Source of the DNA: Octopus sinensis
Lineage: Eukaryota
NCBI RefSeq assembly: GCF_006345805.1
Contig: NC_043011.1
Location: forward strand, 34,484,464 to 34,548,463
Direction: 5' to 3'
Length of the DNA stretch: 64,000 nt
Shown here: one piece after another, positions 11,868 to 26,400 of the stretch
Layout: the number at the start of each line of letters is the position of its first letter
Numbering within the stretch: position 1 is the first letter of the stretch
The notes under the pieces: model-generated
Seen by the model: the letters and a program-made list of their open reading frames with translations, nothing else
Databases searched by the model: none
Told to the model about the DNA's origin: nothing
Translations under genes and position numbers: made by a program

Positions 11868-14800
11868 AACGGTTGCTTGTAGGCTGATCCTAGCTTAGCT
11901 GTTGATTCAGTTTGATATTGAATATGATCCTTACTTTTAGAAATAGAAATTTTAAGGTGCAATTAGTCGAAAATGAAGAGATAATTGAATTGTTATCGTA
12001 ACCCACTTCATTGAATGTTTTCTGTCAACTTGCTTCCCAGAACGAAGTCCATAAAAGGTTGAACACACATGGCACGTTCGACAATTCAAGGGAGATAACT
12101 AATATACTAGCTATTTAAAAGAAATCCTATTTAGGTGCATCAGTACTTCATCAATCAAGGGAAGCTACTATCATTAACTTTTAAACGTATCTTAGCCACT
12201 TAGAGTTACTTCCCTTAGAAGACCTCCTTGCGCGCATCCAAACATTTCGTATGTCGCCGAAACACTTGTTCAGAAGCGTTTCTGATATAGTGGAAGCCGT
12301 TTGCTGGGCGAAGTTCTTCGATAACAATAATAGACTCATAACATTAAGTAAAACTAAGAGCTCTAGAGCTATTAGTTTTGGTAACGTAATTCGTAGTTAT
12401 ATTAAGCGGCTTTTATAGTATTACTTTTATTCATTCATTCTTTTGTGGTCGATAAATTAAGTATCAGTAAAATATTGGGGTCGACGTACTCGATTTAGTC
12501 CCCTCCTCCAAAATTTCAGGCCTTGTGAATTTAGGAGAAAGGATTATAACTGTTTGTTAGTAAATAATGTAAGGTGGTAGGTATGTGTTGGTATTATTAT
12601 TATTATTATTATTATTAATCGACTTGAAGTGGCGAGCTGGCAGAAACGTTAGCACGCCTGGCGAAATGCTTGGTGGTATTTTGTTCATCTTCACGTTCTG
12701 AGTTCAAATTCCGCCAAAGTCGATTTTGCCTTTCATCCTTTCGGGGTCGATTAAATAAGCATCAGTTACACACTGGGGTCTTTGTAATCGACTTAACCCC
12801 TTCCCCCAAATTTGCGGCTTTGAGCATTCAGTAGAAAGGATTATTATTAATCAACATGCCCCTTACCTCAAATTTTCTAGTCTTGTGCTAAAAATTGGAA
12901 AGAATTATTTTTATTATTGTTGCACATTTTGCTTCTCAGATCTCTCAGTTTCACTTGCTCTGGCTAATTCTGTAATAGTGGACAACAAACTGTTGTCAAA
13001 GGTCTCACAGAGTCTTCTTTCATAATATCTAACGTCCAAGTATCAATTTCAAAATTCTCGATTTCCTCAATAGAATAGTTTTCTGAGCATGTTCTACCCT
13101 CCTGTCAATCCTGTTTTCTCCAACTAATTTCTCGAACCCGGATGTTAATACTCCCAGTATCCCTACAACTACTGGAATATCAGTTACTTTCTTCATTGCC
13201 CACGTTCATGCAGTCTCATCTTTTAGTGGCTTGTGCTTCTCAGTCTATTCCAGTTCTTTATCATCTACTGAGGTATCCTCATCTATGGCAATATCTGTGA
13301 TCTTCAAGGTGGTGAGCTGGCAGAAACGTTAGCATGCCAGGCAAAATGCTTAGCAGTATGTTCTGAGTTCAAATTCTGCCGAGGTCAACTTTGCCTTTCA
13401 TCCTTTCAGGGTCGATAAAATAAGTACCAGTTGTGTACTGGGGTCGATCTAATTGACTGCCCCCCCTCCCCGCATATTTTGGGCCTTGTGCCTAGAGTAG
13501 AAAAGAATCTCTATGATCTTGGCTTCCTTCCTCATTTTATCTATTACAACAATATCAAGTCTCCATGCATCAAGCACTGAATTACACTGGATTATAAAAT
13601 TCTGTAAGATTTTACACCTATTATTCCCAGTGTCACCTTCTGGGATATGCTCATATCACTCTAATGTCCTTTCAGGACTGTTATTTTACTAAATTCTTTG
13701 CCATATTTAAAATTAATTGCAAGAAACATAGAGCATCTCAAAATAAATACAGTAATAAAAGGGTTAAACATTTGTGCCTTGATAATATCATGATTGAGAT
13801 ATCTCTTTCTGCTGAAGATATAATATACATAGATGTTTGTGTACCTTCACTAGATAGAACTCTCCCTGTCTCTCAAGCATTTCCCTCAATGTATGGAAAA
13901 ATAGTTAAATGTGCCATGTTTGTTGGTCTACATCACTGGTTTCCAAAGTGGAGGGTATCACCCCCCCCACAGTGTTTCTACAGCTACATGCCCTTCCTAA
14001 TGCCAACCACTCTGTGAGTGTAGTGGGTGCTTTTTACGTGCCACAGGCACAGGTGAAAGGGGAGGCTGGCAACGGCCACAATTGGTTGGTGCATTTTACG
14101 TGCCACTGGCACGGACGCCAGTCAAGGCTGTACTGGCATCAGCCACATTCAGATGGTGCGTTTTATGTGCCACCGGCAATGCTGCACACTAATCTTCTAA
14201 GTTATTCCAATTCTTTACAGAACCTTCTCTTAAAGAACAACCACGAAGGACATATATTAATATTTTCCTCCTTCTTTTAAGGTGGCAAGCTGGAAGAATG
14301 GTTCACATACTGGTTAAAATGCTTCATGGTATTTCATCTGACTTTGTGTTCTGAGTTCAAATTCTGCCAAGGTTGCCCTTCCCATTCATCTTTTCAGGGT
14401 TCATAAAATAAGAAATAGTTACCAGGTTAGGACTGGAGTCAATGTAATTGGCTAGCCCCACCCTGATAAAATTTCAGCATTATTTTTAATATTATTAATG
14501 ATATTTCTACTATTTTTTTTTCTGCAGGCAATTGTACGTCGAGTCCAATTAAGAGCTGAAAACAATGAAAATATAACTGTTAAGTTCTTCAGCAAATGTA
14601 ACAGGTAAGATTTCCATGCACCACCACCACCACCACCACCACCTTCCATCTCTCTAGGGTTAACGAAAGAAAATACCAGCCAAGTACTGGGGTCAAAATT
14701 TAATCAAGTAATCCTTTATATTGTGACCTTATGACTACATTAGGTTAGGTTAGTCTTCATTACTCTGTAATAAGCATAAGACTAGTTTCCTGGTTTCTCT

Positions 14801-15909
14801 GGTACATATATTCCTCTCTGGACAGGATGTTGGTCTGTTGCAGCATTACTCATTTTGGTCAGCTAAGTGGACTGGAGCCACATGAAATGAAATATTTTGT
14901 ACAACACTTTGCATTGCCCAATCCAGGAATTGAAACTATGCTCTTATGTTCATGAGTCCAACACCCTAACCACTAAACCATGCACCACCACTACAATAGA
15001 AATGATTATTCCGTAGAATCGCAGAATCATTAGAGCATCAATTGAAATGCCTTGCAGTGTTTTTCCATCCCTTTACAATATGAATTCAAATTCCCACTGA
15101 GGTCAGTCAACCTTACCTTTCAACTAAAATCAAGTATCCATGAAGTAATGGGGACATTTACTTGATTAACCAGCCCCTTGATATTGCTGACCTTGTGCTT
15201 AAACCATGAAGGTAGCAGCTGGAAAAATCGTTAGGGCACCAGAAAAAATGCTTTCTAGTATCTGTTCCAGCTCTTTATGTTACGATTTCAAATTCCACCA
15301 AGGCCATCTTTGCCTTTCAGGGTTGATAAAATAAGGTCTGTCAAAAAGTTCAGCTCTTGTACCTATAAGAGAAACATATATTATATTATATTATGGACTA
15401 GTGGTTATGGAGTTGCACTCATAATTACAAGATTGTGGTTTCAGTTCCTAGACCAGCTGGTGTATCGATTTCTTGAGCAAAACTCTTCATTTCATGTTTC
15501 TCTGTAATCACTTTGACACCTGACACATGGTACACTTAGCATCTATTCAGACAACATTGTTTTGATGGGGAGAGAGAGTTAATGTATGGCAAAAACATTT
15601 GATCACTATAAATAAATAATTTTTTGTGCAGATCATTTGGTAAAACTGTCATCAGTGGGAGAGTCCTTCATTATTATTGTTATTGACAGTGAGCTGGCAG
15701 AATCGTTAGTACACCAGGCGAAATACTTAGCAGTATTTCGTCTGTTGCTACATTCTGAGTTTAAATTCCAATTTAAATTCCACTAAAAGTCGACTTTGCC
15801 TTTCATCCTTTCAGGGTCGATAAATTAAGCACCAGTGAAACACTGGAGTTGATGTAATCGACTACTCACTTCTCACCAAATTTGGGGCTTTGTGCCTCCA
15901 GTAGAAAGG

Positions 15910-15954
<45 letters not shown>

Positions 15955-16270
15955 GAGTGAGAGAGCTGTGCATGCCATCAAAGTGACACTGGGGTAAAAT
16001 ATACGAAGCCCAGTATACCCATCATGACTACCCATCTGATAAGGGCACACTAGGCACATGTATCACAACCATATGTGTGTGACATGGTGATCTGATATCA
16101 AGATAAACAGTGCATAACCTTGCAGGTGGGGCCCAGTTAGAATTTTCTTCTGGTCGAGTAGCCCATCCAGCTCAAAAGATCCCTGAATAAGGATTGTTTA
16201 AGGATGTTGGATGAACCACCCATGTTTCCAAAGGTGAACTATCCAAACCTTTAAATCTTTTATACCAAGA

Positions 16271-16313
<43 letters not shown>

Positions 16314-16563
16314 GCGAGCTGGCAAAATTGTTAGTACACTGGGTAAAAGGCTTAGCGGTATTTCACCCGTCGTTACTTTCTAAAAGGATGACTTGTAAAA
16401 TCAACCTCAGCAGAATTCTGAGTTCAAATTCTGCTGAGGTTGATTTTACATTTCATCCTTTCAAGATCAATAAAATAAATAAATACCAGTCAAGCATGGG
16501 GGTGTTATAACCAACTTACGTACTCCCATGGAATTATTGGCCTTATTATTATCATTATCATTA

Positions 16564-16615
<52 letters not shown>

Positions 16616-18344
16616 AGTCGCAAACTGATGGAATCATTAGCACATCAGGCAAAATGCTTAATGGAATTTCATTCATGTTTACATTTGGAGATCAAATTCT
16701 GCTGAAGTAGACTTTGAGTTTCATCCTTTTGTGGGGGGTCAATGAAATAAGTACCAGTTGTGTACTGGGGTCAATATAATCAACCATCCCCCATCCCCCA
16801 GAATTTCAGACTTTGTGCCTATAGTAAAAAGAATTGCGAAGATCTGTTGAGGCAAGTGAAATCGAAATCAAATTCGATGACTGGCATCCGTGGTAGCGGG
16901 GTGCAAAGAGCACCATACAAGTGTGATCATTGACAGACCGGCTAACCAGCTTCCATGCCAGTGGTACATAAACGGAACCATTCCAGTGTGATCGTTACCA
17001 GCATCGCCTTACTGGCACTTGTGCCCGTGCTAGTAGGGTGCTAAGAGCACCATCCAAGCATGATCGTTGCCAGAGCGGCTAACTGGCTTCTGTGCCGGTG
17101 GCACATAAAAGGCACCATTCGAGCGTGATCATTACTAGCATTGCCTTACTGGCACTTGTGCCGGTGGCACGTGTAAAAACATTCGAGCGAGGTTGTTGCC
17201 AGTACCGTCTGACTGGCTCCCATGCCAGTGGCACGTAAAGCACCCACTACACTCTCAGAGTGGTTGGTGTTAGGAAGGGCATCCAGCTGTAGAAACTCTG
17301 CCAGATCAAGATTGGAGCCTGGTGCAGCCATCTGGTTCGCCAGTCCTCAGTCAAATCGTCCAACCCATGCTAGCATGGAAAGCAGACGTTAAATGATTAT
17401 GACGATGATGATTAATAATATTTTTATTAAGGTAGTGAGCTGGCAGAATTCTTAACATGCTGAATGAAATGCTTTGCGGTATTTCACCAGTCGCTATATT
17501 CTGATTTCAAATTCTGCAAAGTCAACTTTGCCTTTCAGTCTTTCGGAGTCAATAAAATAAGTACTAATTGAACACTGAGGTCGATGTAATCACCTCATTT
17601 CCACCAGCCCCAAGCTACCCTTGGGGCAAAAATTTGAAATAATAATTATTGAAGGCAGCAAGCTGATAGAATCGTTAGCATACCTGGTAAAATGCTTAAT
17701 GGCATTTCATCTGAGTTTATGTTCTGAGTTCAAATTCCATTGAGGTTGACTTTGTCTTTCATCCTTAAGTATCAGTTGAGTACTGGGGTCAATGTTATCA
17801 ACTATCCCTCTCCCCCAAATTTCAGGCCTTCTGCTTGTAGTAGAAGGGATTATTATTATTATTATTAAGGTGGCAAGCTGGCAGAATCATTAGCATGCTG
17901 GATGAAATGCTGAGCGGTATTTTGCCCATTGATATATTCTGAGTTCAAATTCTACCAAGGTCAACTTTACCTCTCATCCTTTTGGGGTTGATAAAATAAG
18001 TACCAGTTGAACACTGGGGGTCGATGTAATCGACTCATCCCCTCCTTCAAAATTGCTGCCCTTGTGGAAAAATTTGAAACCATTATTATTATCATCATCA
18101 TCATCATCATCATCATTATTAAGGCAGTGAGCTGGCAGAATCATCAGCACACTGAACAAAATGCTTAGCAGTATTTCACCTGTCACTATGTTTTGAGTTC
18201 AAATTCCGCCAAGGTCGGCTTTGCCTTTCGTCTTTTCAGGGTCAATAAATTAAGTACCAGTAAAACACTGGGGTCAATGTAATCAACTAGCCCCCTCCCC
18301 TAAAATTTTAGGCCTTGTGCCTTTTTGTAGAAAAGATGATGATG

Positions 18345-18380
<36 letters not shown>

Positions 18381-20578
18381 GTTATTTTAATTTGTTTTCA
18401 ATGTCTTTCAGTGATGAACTTAAGGAAACAGATGTGTGTGAAAACCTAGACGCTGATTCAAAGGTAGGTTATCCTGAGCCTCTACACACTAGGCATATAT
18501 ATATATATATATATTTATATGTAAATATAAGAGAGTAACCACTATGTGGTTGACTCTAGCACTAAAAATAGATCCGCTAGGTTTCAGCCACGAAGAATTG
18601 TTTCCGATGAAAGTTAGCACGACTACTAGCGTAAAGGAACAGGGCAAATAAAAATAACAAAAATGCAGATTAGTTCAGGACAATTGTTTCGCTATTAATA
18701 AATTATGTAATTTTACTCACATAACATATCTGTAGCTCCTCAGCCGAACCCGTCCAGAATACAATTTACTCAACTGCACGCCAGATTTTTCCATAACGAT
18801 AAACACACGTGCGGTTCAGTCGATTGCATTCGCTGTTATAATTCAAGTGCCCCTGCCACAGCCCGCCAAAATTCACAGAAACAGATACTACATCAAAAAT
18901 TAAATGTAGTATAATTACAATCAACTAATAAGGGTGAGAAAATTGGATACTAATTTAATAGTACATCCATTTAACACCAAGTGGCTTAGTGCATAAAAAC
19001 CAGGAATACAATAAATTTTATACGTAAATATAAGAGAGTAACCACTATGTGGTCGACTCTGAAACCTAGCGGATCTATTTTTAGTGCTAGAGTCGACCAC
19101 ATAGTGGTTACTCTCTTATATTTACGTATAAAATTTATTGTATTCCTGGTTTTTATGCACTAAGCCACTTGGTGTTAAATGGATGTACTATTAAATTAGT
19201 ATCCAATTTTCTCACCCTTATTAGTTGATTATATTTATATGTATATATATTCCGTAAAAACCCATGTAATTTATTCACCTTTTTTCACAAAAATAAAAAT
19301 AAACTTTATGGGTGTGTAACTTACATGAGTAGACCATTTCCCGAATTTTTTTAAAAATATTTTTGGTGGGAAAATATGTACAAAATGTAAACATTTGTAC
19401 TGGAAGTTGACTCATTTAATGGTAGAATAGGTTTTTACAGAAAAAAAATTATGGCTTAAATATAATGAAATTGACTTTTATTTATGCTGGACAGTATAAT
19501 GCTTACATTTTTTGTATAAATTTACTAAAACCATTAAATAGTTAACTACTTTTTGAAGTCTGATGTTCATGCTGGTAGACACGGTCCAGGCCATATTTTA
19601 CATTGTTTGCAGTTTCTACCTATTGCAATGGAGCAACATTGACATACATAGTGACATGAATATTCCTGACTGAAAAAAATGTAATGATATGGATTATCTT
19701 GATTGTATGGTTTTATTTTTTGTCTGTTTATTACAAGTCATGGTATTGAGTTTGTTGTACTGTTTACGCCAATTTTGAACATTGGCTTCAGTGACATTAA
19801 AATGCCTTCCAGCAGATCTATTGCCATGTTGAAATGCATATTCAACATATTTAATTTCTCCTTCACAGTAAACGATTCATAAGTTCTGCCCATACTGATT
19901 ATAATGGTAATGACAAATTTTTAAGTTTGCTTGACATTTTATAAGTGTGAAAGGGATTAAAATTTCGGTACTCTATATCAAAGGTTCCAACAAGAATAGG
20001 CAGAAAAGAATTCTGTTTACATAACCAGTTTCATTGGTCACCTTCCTCTGTTGGTTGAGTAAAGTGTATTCCAAGCTGATGTTTATTGATAATTAAACTT
20101 AATTTGCGACACCTGTGCATACTTATCAGTTTTGTTTTTGTTGGTAATTCTTATCAACAACTTTTCCAGTGATTGTGATTTGAGAAAACATACAGCAGTA
20201 TGCTAAATATCGGACATAATCTCTTGTAGGCAAAAAATGTAAAATAAAGTTTATTATAAACAACACAAACACTTTGTAATTTAATAGCTTTCAATGTGAT
20301 ACTTGTTAAACAGAAATTATTTATATTTAATGAAAATTTAATAAAATCTAATCATAAGTAAGTGAAATTATTTAAATACAATTAAATTGAAAACCTTTTT
20401 CCTTTGGCTCTTTCAGCTATTCTGAAAACTTTTGAGTGCAAATTTTACATGAGTAGAAGCTTTTTTTAACAAATTTTTATCCTGAAAATCACCTGCGTAA
20501 ATTACATAGGTGTACAAATTACATGGGTTTTTACAGTGTGTATATATATATACATATACATATACATACATACATATA

Positions 20579-20622
<44 letters not shown>

Positions 20623-22455
20623 ATACATACATTATCTCTACTACAACCACTATCAAGACCAACATAATCTGCATAACCATCCTTTCAACCACCACTACCT
20701 CCGCCTCCATCATCATCGCCATTAGCAACAGTACAACAACTGGAGGAGAAGCTTTATCGAGTTACTCAACATTCTAGAAATAGCAGCAAGACTTCTTTCA
20801 AATTGCACTCTTACAATGGAAAGGTTACATCAAATACTGTAGTCCTAGATATACTGTGTCTGAAAGAAAACATGATGGTCACCACTGGGTGCCTTTTATC
20901 ATAGCTTTGCTCAAACAGGATTTACCCTGGATTATGTAACAACAACAACAGCAGCAGTGCATTAATCATAGTAATGTTACTTTAGTTATAGTTATCACCA
21001 CCACTACCACCACCACCACCATTGCTACAAGACTATCACTGCCACCACCATCACTACTACCACCACCACTACCACCACCACTATCACTACCACCACCACC
21101 ACTACTATTACAACCACTACTGCCACCATCACTATAATGAAAATACATGTATTATAGTCAACAGTATCATATCCTGTCCACCCCTAATTCTAGAACAATT
21201 GTAGTGCCAGCTATCCTAGATGCAATTGTCACCACCACCACCACCACCACCACCCTCAGCACTACTACCACCATCATCATCACCACCACCACCATCAACA
21301 CAAGCATATGTGGCTATAACTTTCATAATGGAACTATTGTGTTAAGTGACACATTCCATTGCTTCATTTTACATATTCCATGGATTCTTCTTAACATGCT
21401 ATAATATTCTTTTACCACCACCACCACCACCAACACTACCACCACTACCACTATCACCATCACCAAAGTCACCATTAACCATTCAGATCTTGTGACCCTA
21501 TGAAGAGACTAAGAGACTAGATATACAGTAAAAGACACTACCTCCTCCCCTCCATCTTTCCCCAAAACCGCCCTCATTCAACCATCACTCTCCCACCACC
21601 ACCACCATTTGAGTTCACCTCCCCACCATCTTCCTCCACCCTGTTTATTCTTTGATAGTGTCATCCACTGCTACTTTTATCAGGGTGAACAGGAAGAAAC
21701 AGTATCTACCCATGACTATCATAATAAATAGAGGCAGTGTGTCATGGTCTCATATTACATACAAAATGCTTAACCTCATTTTGTATTTCGTCCCCTTAAA
21801 AATCACTGGCACTGTGCCAAAATTTGAAACCATCATCATCATTACTATTATTGTTATATAATAATTATCATTATAAAGGTGGCAAGTTGGCAGAGTCATT
21901 AGCATGCTGGGCAAAATGCTTAGGAATATTTCGCCTGTCGTTACATTCTGAGTTCAAATTCCGCTGAGGTTGACTTTGCCTTTCATTCTTTCGGGGTTGA
22001 TGAAATAAGGACCAGTTGAACACTGGGGTCGATGTAAGCAACTTACCCCCTCCTCTAGATTTCAGGCCTTGCGTCTTTAATAGAAAAGAATATTATTATT
22101 ATTACTATTATTATTAATTTTACTATTAACGAGGTAGCAAGCTGGTAGAATTGTTAGCATGCTGGACAAAGCACGTAACGGTATTTCACCCATTAGACTG
22201 TCCTGAGTTCCAATTCCACTGAGGTCAACTTTGCCTTTCATCCTTTCAAGGTTGATAAATTGCGTACCATTGGGTTGATGTAATTGACTAGTTCTGTTCC
22301 CCAAAATTTCAGATCTTGTATCTGTAATAGAAAATATTATTATTATTATTATTATTGAGTGAGAGAGCAGTTCATGCCATATTATTATTATTATTATCAT
22401 TATTATTATTATTATTATCATTATTATTATCCTTATCATTATTATCCTTATCATT

Positions 22456-22518
<63 letters not shown>

Positions 22519-22744
22519 TTGTTTTTTTTTTTGTTTTAATATGATGGTCAGCTGGCAGGATTGTTAGCATGCCAGGTGAAATGCTTAGTGCCATTTTGTC
22601 CATCTTTACATTCTGTGAAGGTCCACTTTGCCTTTCATCCTTTTGGGGTCAATACAACAAATACCAGTTGACCGCTGGTATCAATGTAATCAACTTATCC
22701 TCTCCCCCCGAAATAAGTTGGCCTTATGCCAAAATTTGCAATGA

Positions 22745-22785
<41 letters not shown>

Positions 22786-23408
22786 GTTGAAAAGGAGACA
22801 AAATGCTTAGCAGCATTTAGTCCATCTGTATGCTTGAAGTTGAGATTCTGCCGAGGTTGACTTTCCCTTTCACCTTTTCAGGGTCAATAAAGTAAATACC
22901 AATCATTTGCTGGGGTTAAAGTGATTGACTGACACCATCCCCACAAATTCAGGCCTTGTGCCTATAATAGAAAAGATCTTAAATGACCCCCAAACTGCTT
23001 CCTTTTTCTGTCTTATAACAGTTGACAGAAAAGATTTGTATTTCAAAGTGCAATTTGCAGTGTGCTTTGCAATGTAGTTAACTGTGCAGTTTGCTGTGCA
23101 TTCACAATGCACTTTGCAATGTTTTACACTGTATTTTGCAGTGCAGCCAGTGCAGTTTGCAATGCAGTTTGCCTTGCAGTTTACAATGAATTTACTCTGC
23201 ATTTCACTGCACTTTGCAGTACAATTATGTATATTAATGTACAAATATGTGAATAAATGTAGGCTTACCTTGTATTCAATATTTCAATATTTCGATATTG
23301 AATACAAAGTAATTCTACATTAATTCACATTAATTAATATATTTTGGGTTTTTTTTGTGGTTTACCTTGCATTTACTTGGCATATTTTTGGCCTTACTCA
23401 TGATGCTT

Positions 23409-23439
<31 letters not shown>

Positions 23440-26400
23440 TTGTGTATATATAATATATAAATTAGAGAAAAAACCCACTATTATGCAATTCAAATCATAA
23501 ATAAAAAATAAAATATATTTTTATTAAACGTATAACTAGTCACAAAAAGTATAAAAATGAATAATCAATGTATTTACTTATTGTATATTTACTAAAAGTA
23601 TATTGTATATTTACTAAAAGTTCTTGAAGGCTGTGCCCCAGCATGGCTACAATGCAATTGGGAAATAAGTACTGAGATCTTCTTATCACACAGCCATGCC
23701 TATATTGGGTCATCCCATAAATAATGTGGTTTTTTTATACTTATTTTTTTTTTCAAAATTAAAATAAAGTCCTTTTTTAATCTCGAATATACTCTCCTTC
23801 ATTTTCCCCAATATTCTTCCATCTGTCTGGTAGATTGCAGGACCCCTCTTCCAAAATTAACTTGGCTGTGATGAAAAATACTCTTCCAGTACTCTTCTGA
23901 TATCATCTACAGAATTCATATTTTTTCCATCCAAATGATTTTGAAGACTGTGCAATAAATGATAATCAGATGGGGCAATATCCAGTTAATATGATGGGTG
24001 GGTATCGTTTCCTGTTCAAACTGTTCCAGCCTTTGGAGTGTCATCCTCACTGTATATGGCTGAGAATTTATCCTGATAGAGGAACACCTTTCATCTTAAA
24101 ACCAATGATGGCTGTTTTTCTTGTAGCACTGACTTAAACTGCTGAAGCTCCTTGCAGTAGATCTCCTTTGTTATCATTTGGTTTGGGTTTAAAAGTTCAA
24201 TGTGGACTAAACCTTTCATATCCCATCAAACAGATAAGAACACCTTACGTGGCTGAAGACCTTCTTTAGCCTGGGGTGCTGATTTTTCTTCTTTCCTTAT
24301 CCACTGTCTTCGGTGCTTGTCATTTTTATAGAGAACCCATTTCTCATCACCAATCACTATTTGATCCAACAAAGGTTCATTTGTGAGACTTGACACCAAA
24401 GAAGAACAGACATTCACCCTCTGTGCGCAATTAGACTCAGAAAGTTTGTGAGGAACCAACCCATTGACCCAATTTTTGACTTTTCCAATGGCAAGCAGGT
24501 ATCAATGAATGATTGAATGATCAAATCCAAGCTTCTCTGCCAGTTCCTCAACAGTTACGATGGGATTTTGTTCCACCAGGGTTTGTAGGATATCCTCATT
24601 GAGCTGTACATAACTTCAAGGATGAGGCTCATCTTCTAGGCTGTAGTTTTCAGCTCAGAATTTCTGAAACCACCGTTGATACTAGCTTATGCTTATTGTC
24701 CAATCTCCATATACTACATTAATATTCCTCACACTTTCCGTTGCGTTGTTGCCTTTATTGAACTCATAATGCAAAATATACCGAATATACTCCTTTGTCA
24801 CTTCCATTATAGTTTTGAAAAAATAACTGTTAAAATTGAACTGCACTCTTCAAAACTTGCACTAAGAATAAGGACAAGGTAAAATTACTACCTGCTTTTA
24901 TAGCAAGTTGATGCAGGTAGGTTATCCGCCCACCCCCATCTTTTAGTTCATGCAGTTGAAAAACCTCATTATTTATGGGATGACCCAATATATACAAACA
25001 CATGCCTTGAAAACCCTTGGCCAATGTGCTAAGCTGTGGGAATGAACCTGAACCTATAGTTAAGAAGCAAACGTCTTAACCATGCAGCATGATTTTTGTT
25101 TCAAATAATTTTATATTCTTTTTCTTTTTTTTTTTCAATTTGCAGGTTTCATTTGCTGTTGAAATTGAAGTTGATAAATGTCCAGAGAAAGAGGCTGACA
25201 GGAAACGTACTTTTACCATCCATCCCATTGGTCTGGCCAATACTCTAACCATCCATCTTGAACTGCTCTGTGAGTGTAATTGTACTGAAGCAACTAAGGT
25301 ATGTGACATTATTCCACAGCATCCTTTTATTACAGTTTGACATGTTTTTACCATATTCTATAACTTCCTTTAACAGGTCATTAGCAAAGACATGTGACTT
25401 CATGGTTTGGGAATTTGACTCACAATTGTAGTTTTGGATTTGATTCCCAGTGACGCACTGTGTCCCTTGAGCCAAACACATTATTTCACATTGTTCCAGT
25501 TCACTAAGCTGGTAAAATTAAGTTGTACCTGTATTTGAAAGGACCAGTCTTGTCACATTCTGTGCCATGCTGAATCTCAGCATGAGAACTACATTAACCC
25601 TTTAGCGTTCAAATTAATATGTCAAAAGTAATCCTTATTCATTTACATTTTTAAAAATTAATCTGTTATTATCATGTAGCTTCAAGATTTGAAAGATGTA
25701 TTTGTTTATTTTTAGAATGACATAGGTGTGAGATACTGGTTCTGGTCAGTTTGAGCATAAAATGAGTAGAATATTTGGGCTGGATATAGCTGGTTTAAAC
25801 ACTAAAGGGTTAAGGGTGTGCATATCTCTGGAGTGCTCAGCCACTTGCACATTAAATTCATGAGCAGGCTGTTCCATTTTCTATAGCATTCTTAGACAAT
25901 AATCATAGCATACTTTTAAAACAAGATCCATTTTACCATAAATATCTATTTCTTTACTACCCACAAGGGGCTAAACACAGAGAGGACGAACAAGGACAGA
26001 CAAACGGATTAAGTCGATTATATCGATCCTAGTGCATAACTGGTACTTATTTCATCGACCCCGAAAGGATGAAAGGCAAAGTCGACCTTGGCGGAATTTG
26101 AACTCAGAACGTAGCAACAGACAAGATACCGCTAAGCATTTCGCTCGGCGTGCTGACGTTTCTGCCAGCTCTGCCATAGATATGTAGGCAAATAAGCCTC
26201 GTTTTGGCAATGAGGAGTTATAAGCTGATTACATGAGCACTGGAACTTACGTAGTGTTTATTTTATTTTCTCACTCCTTGAAGGGTAAAAGGTAAAATCC
26301 ACCTTGATGGGATTTTAACCCAGGGCTGGATTAAGACTCATAGAAGCCCTAAGCACTTAAAAGATTTTGTTGCCCCCCATTTATATCTAATTCAAAATAT

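Noticed and set aside
15190-18330. CRISPR-like repeat/spacer array
   Set aside because: The units are ~200-bp diverged SINEs with microsatellite spacers in a eukaryotic intron, and there are no cas genes.
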